From contig OY969696.1 in the NCBI GenBank assembly GCA_963702005.1, positions 2,144,001 through 2,208,000 on the forward strand: a DNA stretch of 64,000 bases. The letters run 5' to 3'. The position numbers and the translations under genes are program-made. The stretch comes from Candidatus Aminicenantes bacterium. Lineage in GTDB: Bacteria > Acidobacteriota > Aminicenantia > Aminicenantales > JAFGBC01. The notes below the pieces were generated by a model. That model saw only the letters and a program-made list of their open reading frames with translations, did no database searches and was not told where the DNA came from. Numbering within the stretch: position 1 is the first letter of the stretch; each line of letters starts with the position of its first letter. Shown in pieces: positions 57,275-64,000 of this stretch.

Positions 57275-59383
57275 ATGCATATTCTCGGCCTTCACATCCT
57301 CGATTTCGCCATCATCGTCATCTTCGTCGTCGTCATGCTTGTCCTGGGCTGGCGGGCCTCCCGGCGGACGCGCACGGCGGAAGATTTTTACATCGCCGGC
57401 CGCCGGCTCGGCAAGTTCTACCAGTTCTTCCTCAACCTGGGGACCTCAACCAACGCCGACCAGGCCATCGTCGTCTCGCGCGAGGTTTACCGCCAGGGAA
57501 TCGGCGGCATGTGGATCCAGTACCTGGTCCTGTTTCTGACGCCGTTCTATTGGTTCACGACCTGCTTCTTCCGGCGGGTCCGGCTGGTCACGATCGGCGA
57601 CTTCTTCAGCGAGCGCTTCAAGAGCCGTTTCCTGGGCGCCGCCTTCGCCGTCTTCACCCTGTTCATGGCCTTTTTGGGGAACGGCGTCGGCTACATGGTG
57701 GCAGCTAAGACCATGATCGCGCTCACCCCCAAACCGGCCGCGAGCTACACGGCCGCCGAACGGACGAGCGTCGAGATGTTCCGCGAGCTGCGCTCCCTCG
57801 AGGCTAAGCGGGACGGGCCCGGCTTGGGAGCGGACGAAGCGGCCCGCCTAGCCGAGCTCCGCGAGCGCGATAAAAGAGGCGAGCTCCGTTCGGTCATCTC
57901 CTATACGAACCCATTTGTCATCTATGCCATCTACACGATCATCGTCGGCATTTACACAATCTTGGGCGGCTTCTTCGCGGCCGTCCTGACCGACGTCATC
58001 CAGGGCGTCCTGATCACGACCTTCTCCCTTCTTCTTATCCCGATCGGATTGTCCAGGGTCGGCGGGTTCGCCGGGCTCCACGCCGCCGTCCCCGATTTCA
58101 TGTTCGCGCTGTTCGGCTCGGCCGCGGTCAGCGAATACGCCTGGTACACGATCCTGGCCATGGTCCTGGCCAACCTGGTCTCGATCATCGCCTCGGCCCC
58201 GGGCATGCAGACGGCCGGTTCAGCCAAGGACGAGATGACGGCCAGGTTCGGGATGATCGGCGGGATGTTCTTCAAGCGCTTCATCATGCTCTTCTGGGCC
58301 CTGACCGGGCTGCTGGCCATCGCCCTCTACAGCGGGAAGCTCCACGACCCGGACCTGATCTGGGGCACGATGACCATGGACCTCCTCTTCCCGGGCGCGA
58401 TCGGCCTGATGATGGCCGGGGTCCTGGCGGCCAAGATGTCGTCGCTGTCCGGGGCGAGCGTCTCCTATTCGGCCCTGTTTATCCGAAACCTCTACCAGCC
58501 CTTCGTCAAGCCCAAGTCGGACCGGCGCCTGATCGCGGTCGGCCGGGTCGCCATCGCGGTGACCCTGGTCGGCGGGGTCGGGGCCGCTCTCTTCGTCGGA
58601 AACCTGCTCGACCTGTTCAAATACTTCATCTCGCTCCCGGCCGTGTTCGGGGCGGCCATCTGGCTCGGCTTCGTCTGGCGGCGGCTGACCCGGAGCGCCG
58701 TCATCGCCCAGGTCGCGATCTGCTTCCTGATTTACGCGGTCATCCCCAATGTCTTTCAAACCCTCAACTGGGCCCGGACCAACCCGTCCTTCCTCAAGGA
58801 AACCCGGGCGCAGGTCCGTTGGGTCGAAACCAAAGCCGTCCATACAGACTTGGCGGCGGGGAGGGCGGGGACGCTCGGGGAACATATCAGGAAACAGGTC
58901 GTCCTAGAGCCGGCCGCGATATTCTATGAAAAGACCGCGCGGGTCAATCCCGAAGATCCGGAGTCGCCCAAGGTCGGGATCGGCCGCTTCCATGCCGAGA
59001 TCTGGGTTCTGAGTTGGCTCGGAATCGACTTCGTCGGCTGGTCGAAGGCGCAGCTCAGCGCGGCCCGCTTCTTTTTCGATGCCCTGTTTCCCTTCCTGCT
59101 TCTCTTCTTGTTGAGCCTGGTCAGCAAGCCCGTTCCCAAGCCCGACCTCGACCGGTTTTTCGCCAAGATTCACACGCCGGTCCAGCCGACGCCGGAGGCG
59201 GAAGCCAAGGCTCTTGCCGACGCCTACGCCGATCCCGATAAGTTTAGGGAGAGGAAGATCTGGCCGCGGTCGAACTGGGAGATCATGAAACCGGGCAGGA
59301 AGGACGTCCTCGGCTTCGGAGGGAGCTGGATCCTGGTCGGCGTCATCATCTTCCTCCTCTGGCTCATGGTCCATATTAAATAG
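57275..59383 (+). CDS. Sodium:solute symporter family protein
   Basis: EDFYIAGR, TDVIQG, GLMMAGVLAA; many TM helices. Confidence 0.9.
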   Translation: MHILGLHILDFAIIVIFVVVMLVLGWRASRRTRTAEDFYIAGRRLGKFYQFFLNLGTSTNADQAIVVSREVYRQGIGGMWIQYLVLFLTPFYWFTTCFFRRVRLVTIGDFFSERFKSRFLGAAFAVFTLFMAFLGNGVGYMVAAKTMIALTPKPAASYTAAERTSVEMFRELRSLEAKRDGPGLGADEAARLAELRERDKRGELRSVISYTNPFVIYAIYTIIVGIYTILGGFFAAVLTDVIQGVLITTFSLLLIPIGLSRVGGFAGLHAAVPDFMFALFGSAAVSEYAWYTILAMVLANLVSIIASAPGMQTAGSAKDEMTARFGMIGGMFFKRFIMLFWALTGLLAIALYSGKLHDPDLIWGTMTMDLLFPGAIGLMMAGVLAAKMSSLSGASVSYSALFIRNLYQPFVKPKSDRRLIAVGRVAIAVTLVGGVGAALFVGNLLDLFKYFISLPAVFGAAIWLGFVWRRLTRSAVIAQVAICFLIYAVIPNVFQTLNWARTNPSFLKETRAQVRWVETKAVHTDLAAGRAGTLGEHIRKQVVLEPAAIFYEKTARVNPEDPESPKVGIGRFHAEIWVLSWLGIDFVGWSKAQLSAARFFFDALFPFLLLFLLSLVSKPVPKPDLDRFFAKIHTPVQPTPEAEAKALADAYADPDKFRERKIWPRSNWEIMKPGRKDVLGFGGSWILVGVIIFLLWLMVHIK

Positions 59384-59396
59384 GCGGATAAATATC

Positions 59397-60422
59397 GTGC
59401 CCCTTCGTAAAGATATCCGCAGCCTGACGCTCGATGAGCTGCGGGCGTTTTTCGCGGACATCGGCGAGCCCGGCTTTCGCGCCGAGCAGGTTTACGCGTG
59501 GCTCTATAAACGCGGAGGGCTTGACTTCGAGGGCTGGACGGATTTCCCGCGAGCGCTCAGGGATCGGCTTCCCGATCTGTTCACGGCCCCCCGGCTCGAG
59601 CTTTACGGACGCCTTAAGTCCAAGGACGGGACCGAGAAGCTCGTCTTCAGGCTCCCCGACGGAGTTATTATCGAGACCGTCCTCATCCCGTCAGAAGCGC
59701 GGGCGACGATCTGCCTTTCGAGTCAGGCCGGATGCAAGTTCCGCTGCGTCTTCTGCGCGTCGGGCCTCGACGGATTCAAGCGCGATCTCACGGCGGGCGA
59801 GATCGTCGGCCAAGTCCTCGCCGTCCGCGATGCCGCGAACCTGGCGCCGACCAACATCGTGGTCATGGGCATGGGCGAGCCCATCGACAATTTCGACAAC
59901 CTGGAAAGAGCCCTCCGCATCCTCAACGACCGGCGGGGGCTCGGGCTCGCCGCGCGTCGGATGACGGTCTCGACGGCCGGGCACATTCCGGGAATCGATC
60001 GATTCGCGAAGCTGGGGCTCCAAGTCAACCTGTCGCTGTCCTTGCACGCCGTGACGGATAAACTGCGCAGCGAGCTCATGCCTATCAACCGGAAATACCC
60101 GCTTAAGGACCTGTTGGCCGCCTGCGAGCGCTATATTCAAGGAGGCGGGCGGAAGATCACCTGTGAGTACATCTTGATCCGGGGAGTCAACGATGGCGCG
60201 GCCGACGCCAAGGGGCTGGCAGGGATCTCGAAAAAACTCTGGGCCAAGGTCAACCTGATCCCCTACAGCCCAGTTCTCGGGCTGCCCTATCAGACGCCCT
60301 CGCCCAAGGAGGCCGGAGCGTTCAAGCGCCGCCTCGAGGCCCGGGGAGTTCCGGTCACACTGCGCCGCTCCCAGGGCGCCGATATCCTGGCCGCTTGCGG
60401 CCAGCTGGCTGGCCGCGTTTGA
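59397..60422 (+). CDS. rlmN: 23S rRNA m2A2503 / tRNA m2A37 methyltransferase
   Basis: CLSSQAGCKFRCVFC, MGMGEP, SLSLHA, DILAACGQL. Confidence 0.96.
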   Translation: MPLRKDIRSLTLDELRAFFADIGEPGFRAEQVYAWLYKRGGLDFEGWTDFPRALRDRLPDLFTAPRLELYGRLKSKDGTEKLVFRLPDGVIIETVLIPSEARATICLSSQAGCKFRCVFCASGLDGFKRDLTAGEIVGQVLAVRDAANLAPTNIVVMGMGEPIDNFDNLERALRILNDRRGLGLAARRMTVSTAGHIPGIDRFAKLGLQVNLSLSLHAVTDKLRSELMPINRKYPLKDLLAACERYIQGGGRKITCEYILIRGVNDGAADAKGLAGISKKLWAKVNLIPYSPVLGLPYQTPSPKEAGAFKRRLEARGVPVTLRRSQGADILAACGQLAGRV

Positions 60423-60446
60423 AGGCAGTTCCTCAACCCTTAGGCG

Positions 60447-61634
60447 TCACCCTGTTTTTATCAAGCGGGCCGGGCGGGCCCATTCCGCGTCGGTTTCGCT
60501 GGGCAACACGGATTCGGTGTAGCACCGCTCCATAATCTCATCCAGGCCCTCGACCCAAACGCGTTTTCCGTTGGGCTCGGCCTCATAGCGGAGAAGGCCG
60601 GAGGGGAAATCCGCGATCCCGGCCGCGGAGTCCTGCATCCCGTTGACGGCGAGCGTCTGGGCCGAGGCGGCTTCGATGCCGCAGACAGGCGCACGGCCGC
60701 TCCGCACGGCCCGGATCGAGTCCCAGAGCTTTTTTAAGGGCTCGGCGTCGGGAGACCCATAATTTTTGACCTTGCCGTCATGGAAGAAAGCCTTGATGTC
60801 CGATCCCCGTCCCGCGGCCAGCACGGTCGCCCTCTCGAAGTCGTAGGACAAGACCGGCCCCGAATCCAGGCGGCCGGCGTGGCTCACCAGGAACAATATC
60901 TCGACGCCGCTATCGGCTCTGATCCGGGCCGCGGCCGTGTCGTAGTTCTCGATCCGGTTCGCCCGGTAGAGCTCGGCCTGGACCTCGACCGGCCGGGCGC
61001 TTCGCTCCGTCAGGTCGCCCAGGATATAGAACATGTTGTGAAGATCATGGGCCATGGCGTTGTTGGCCGGACTGTCTAAAACCCATCGTCCCGCGGCGTC
61101 TTTAATCCTCCCCGCCCAGGAGTTCCGCGCATAGTAGGCATCGTCGCGCGGCCAGAGATAGAGGCAGCTCAGGCGTTTGGGCCGGCCCAGCGCTCCGCTC
61201 AGGATATCCTTTTTCAAGCGCTGGATGGCGTCGCTGAAGGACCACTGGAAGCCCACGGCGACCCAGCGGCCGGCCCGGTCGCGGGCTTCCCGCATGGCCT
61301 TGGCATCCTGGACGGTCGCGGCCAGGGGCTTTTCGCACAGGACATGGCTGCCGCGGGAAAGGGCCAGGATGGTCTGGGGGGCGTGGAACTGGATGGGGGA
61401 GGAGATGACGGCCAGCTCCGCCTCCCCCCGGGCGTAGAAATCTTCGAGGGTGGGGACGATCGGAATCCCCGAAGCTTTTAGCTCCGCAAGGCGGGGGCAG
61501 CGCGCCGGTTCGGGATCGACCGCCCCGACCATCCGGAACAGTCCTTCCGGGGCGCGGTCGAGAAGCTCCGCGACATAGACGCCGCCCATGCCGCCGATGC
61601 CGGCCAGCACGATCGAAACCGGATTCTCGTCCAT
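60447..61634 (-). CDS. Gfo/Idh/MocA family oxidoreductase
   Basis: AGIGGMG, SSPIQFH, LCEKPL, NNAMAH. Confidence 0.92.
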   Translation of the reverse strand: MDENPVSIVLAGIGGMGGVYVAELLDRAPEGLFRMVGAVDPEPARCPRLAELKASGIPIVPTLEDFYARGEAELAVISSPIQFHAPQTILALSRGSHVLCEKPLAATVQDAKAMREARDRAGRWVAVGFQWSFSDAIQRLKKDILSGALGRPKRLSCLYLWPRDDAYYARNSWAGRIKDAAGRWVLDSPANNAMAHDLHNMFYILGDLTERSARPVEVQAELYRANRIENYDTAAARIRADSGVEILFLVSHAGRLDSGPVLSYDFERATVLAAGRGSDIKAFFHDGKVKNYGSPDAEPLKKLWDSIRAVRSGRAPVCGIEAASAQTLAVNGMQDSAAGIADFPSGLLRYEAEPNGKRVWVEGLDEIMERCYTESVLPSETDAEWARPARLIKTG

Positions 61635-61639
61635 GATCC

Positions 61640-62779
61640 CTAATAGCGACGCAGCTTGCGCTGCTCGTCGAGCATGGCCATGTAATTATCGTATTTCGTC
61701 CCGACCGCGACGCTGTGGCTCGTGCCCAGGATGAACCTTCCCCCGGGCTTGGCGATCTCCATGGCCCGCCGGACGTCGTTCCGGACGTCGTCCGGCGTCC
61801 CGCCGATGAGATTCTCGACGGCGACGCCTCCCCAGATCGCGAGTCGGTCGCCGTAGAGTTCCTTGACGCGGCCGATGTCCATGCCGGCCGTGAGCTGAAC
61901 GGCTTGGTAGACGTCATAGCCGATCTCGACGAATATATCGAGATAGCTCCAGACGTTTCCGCAGCAGTGTTTGATGAGACGCTTCCCGAACCGCTCGCGG
62001 ACGGAGCGGGCTCGGGCTTTGTTGGCCTCGAGGAAGAGCTCCCTGAACATCCGGGGACTCACGAACGGGCCCGTCCTGTGGCCGAAGTCCCCGGCCCAGA
62101 GGACGGCGTCCGAGTCGCGGTGGATGAGGACCTCGTCGGCCGAGTTTTGCCGCCGGAGCTCGAACGCGGTCGCGGCCCGGACGGCCTCGGGATTCTCGAC
62201 GAGCTCGATCAGGCCGCGCTCCATCCCCCCCAGGAGGAGGATGCCGATCTCCCCGCCCGAAGGGCCGCAGATGAACTTCTCATCTTTGAAGCGCCGGACG
62301 ACGGCGTCGAGGACGGCCCAGGAGGCCGGATCGCGGCGGATCGGCTCCGGCTCTTTCCGGTACATCTCGGCCTTGAAGACCTGGGCGTCGCGGACCGGGT
62401 CCCGGACGCAGGTGATGTCCTGGGTCGCCTCGGAAAACTTATAGATCCGGCCGTACTTGTCTTCCCAGGTCGCTCCGTCGATCCGGCGCGGGGGCGCGTC
62501 ATCCGTTTCCGGCGGCAGCTCCCAGGTCGCGTTCGGGAAGGTCACGATGTCGAGGTCGAGCTTTTCATGGAGCTCGATGTGGTCGCGGCGCCAGCTCTCG
62601 GCGACCTCGGCCCGGCGGCCCTCCCAAAAGGCGATCTGGGATTTGGCCTTGGCGCGGAGGTAGGTCTCGTGGCCGATGATCCGTTCGACGGTGTCGAAAT
62701 CCACGGCGAACTCGCCGTAGGGAACGCGGTCGGGGAGGCGGCCGGCGAGGACGGCTTGGACCCGCTCCTTGGAGTTCAT
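61640..62779 (-). CDS. Uroporphyrinogen decarboxylase / MtaA-CmuA family protein
   Basis: MNSKERV...PDRVP, HCCGN, WGGV, PGGRFILGTSHS. Confidence 0.88.
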   Translation of the reverse strand: MNSKERVQAVLAGRLPDRVPYGEFAVDFDTVERIIGHETYLRAKAKSQIAFWEGRRAEVAESWRRDHIELHEKLDLDIVTFPNATWELPPETDDAPPRRIDGATWEDKYGRIYKFSEATQDITCVRDPVRDAQVFKAEMYRKEPEPIRRDPASWAVLDAVVRRFKDEKFICGPSGGEIGILLLGGMERGLIELVENPEAVRAATAFELRRQNSADEVLIHRDSDAVLWAGDFGHRTGPFVSPRMFRELFLEANKARARSVRERFGKRLIKHCCGNVWSYLDIFVEIGYDVYQAVQLTAGMDIGRVKELYGDRLAIWGGVAVENLIGGTPDDVRNDVRRAMEIAKPGGRFILGTSHSVAVGTKYDNYMAMLDEQRKLRRY

Positions 62780-64000
62780 TTGAGAGTTGGCAGGGGCCGT
62801 TCCAGGAGGTCCGTTTCCCGGAAGAGGCGGCGGCCGAGGTCGAAGGATAGGGTTTTAATCTCGAACGGCCCGAGACGGACTGAGGTCCGGGCCTTGGCGA
62901 AGGGAAGCTCGAGCCGGACCGTTCTCGCCCTTCCGGTCGGCTCGAACAGCCGGATGATGATCTTGCGGCCGGCCTCCGATTTCTTGAGAGCGGTCAGGAC
63001 GACCGCAGGGTCGTCCAGGATAAGGACCGGCTCGGCTCGCCGTCCCCGGCCTGAGGGAAAGAAGGAGAGGATGAACGGAGGCTCGTTCCTCTCCAGAGCC
63101 TCCCGTTCCACTCGCTCCAGCCTTTCCTCGGCCGGGCCGGCATTGACCCAGAAGCGGAACGACCGTTCGCCCTGGTCGTGCCTCGGGATGTGGCGGTCGG
63201 CCTTGAGCATGGCCTGGGCGGCGTCCGGGTCGGCCGCGAAAGCGGGCGCCCGGAGCAAGGACAATCGCAGCTCGCGGCCGTCGAAATCCGCGCCGTGAAT
63301 GCCGTCGTTGATAATCGTCAACGCCTGTCCGGCCGCGTCGGAGACGAGCGCCATCCATTTCTGGGCGACCGCCTCGGCGCCGTCGGCGAAGAGCTCGTCG
63401 CGGCCGTAGGCGACCTGACCCAGGAAGCGCCAGCCGTCCGGGCGGCAGGGAAGGGCGAGCTTGAGCATGCGGTCCTTTTCGGCCCAGAGGACGCGAACTG
63501 CGACTTCGAGCTCGCCGCCCCGGACGGGGATATGATATCTCATGACGAGATACGAACGCCCATAGCCGAACAGGGCCTCGACGACGGTCCTGACCCCGCC
63601 CGACTCGATGACGCGGACCGGAGCGAGCGCGGATACGGATAAGCCGCAGAAGGCGGCCGCCCGGTTCGGAGGCAAGAGATCGAACGCTCCTTCAACATTC
63701 CGGAACGACCTTGTCTTCATGCCCCAGCAATCCGCGTCATCCTCGATGACGAGCGGTTTGAACGCCCCGGCCTCAAGGATCTTTCGGCCTCGGACGCTGT
63801 AGCGGTCGACCAGGCCGGTCGTGCGGCTGATGACAATCTCAAGGTCCGGATTGCGAAGGACAATGTCCCCGGCGTCTTGGGCCCCGAGAGACGACGACTT
63901 TTTTGGGACGGGCTCGAGGCGGCAAGTGAACCTGTCGAGACCGCCGGGCTGAAGGCGGGCCGGGAAGACAACCCGCTTGCGCCATTCGACGCAGAGGTTG
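62776..64000 (-). CDS. Glycoside hydrolase family 38 (alpha-mannosidase)-like protein, C-terminal part; runs off the window end
   Basis: The frame is open from 64000 (NLCVEWRKRVVFP...EDDADCWGMK...). It contains ELRLSLLR, DQGER, ALKKSE, IIRLFE and LGPFEIKT. Confidence 0.8.
   Translation of the reverse strand, partial: NLCVEWRKRVVFPARLQPGGLDRFTCRLEPVPKKSSSLGAQDAGDIVLRNPDLEIVISRTTGLVDRYSVRGRKILEAGAFKPLVIEDDADCWGMKTRSFRNVEGAFDLLPPNRAAAFCGLSVSALAPVRVIESGGVRTVVEALFGYGRSYLVMRYHIPVRGGELEVAVRVLWAEKDRMLKLALPCRPDGWRFLGQVAYGRDELFADGAEAVAQKWMALVSDAAGQALTIINDGIHGADFDGRELRLSLLRAPAFAADPDAAQAMLKADRHIPRHDQGERSFRFWVNAGPAEERLERVEREALERNEPPFILSFFPSGRGRRAEPVLILDDPAVVLTALKKSEAGRKIIIRLFEPTGRARTVRLELPFAKARTSVRLGPFEIKTLSFDLGRRLFRETDLLERPLPTLK

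Noticed and set aside
63717-63971. Separate 84-aa ORF or frameshift in the GH38 gene
   Set aside because: Manual translation shows the GH38 frame is open from 64000 to 62776, so the small ORF is off-frame.

Overview
GC-rich bacterial chromosomal DNA with about 55 genes. The gene content and style suggest an anaerobic Acidobacteriota/Aminicenantia-like organism, which is inference only. No rRNA, tRNA, CRISPR array, intact transposase or prophage was recognised. From left to right: tandem SBBP beta-propeller genes; an operon joining sugar oxidoreductases and a TIM-barrel protein to a 7-heme cytochrome c, a cytochrome-b-like membrane protein, ApbE, a discoidin protein and a GT-C/TIGR03663 protein; tricorn protease; class II aldolase; a Trx-TPR gene; a Gfo/Idh/MocA-DUF1080-ThuA cluster; an RpoD-like sigma factor; MsrBA; a TPR-ECF sigma-antisigma-triple TonB_C operon; a 14-kb minus-strand run containing a radical SAM/GMC cassette; and a corrinoid protein, C69 peptidase, SSS transporter, rlmN, URO-D-family gene and GH38 gene. 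The strongest hidden signal is missed by the ORF track: the TPR gene at 18569 really starts at 20092 and has an in-frame UGA in a thioredoxin U-G-S-C motif, followed by a textbook bacterial SECIS hairpin. This predicts an exported selenoprotein. Other highlights are the sugar-oxidation/multiheme operon, a promoter-driven candidate sRNA at 31991-32060, IS200/IS605-like REP hairpins, an in-frame palindrome in the cytochrome leader and two single-base frameshifts. All functional calls come from motif recognition by eye; no database searches were run.
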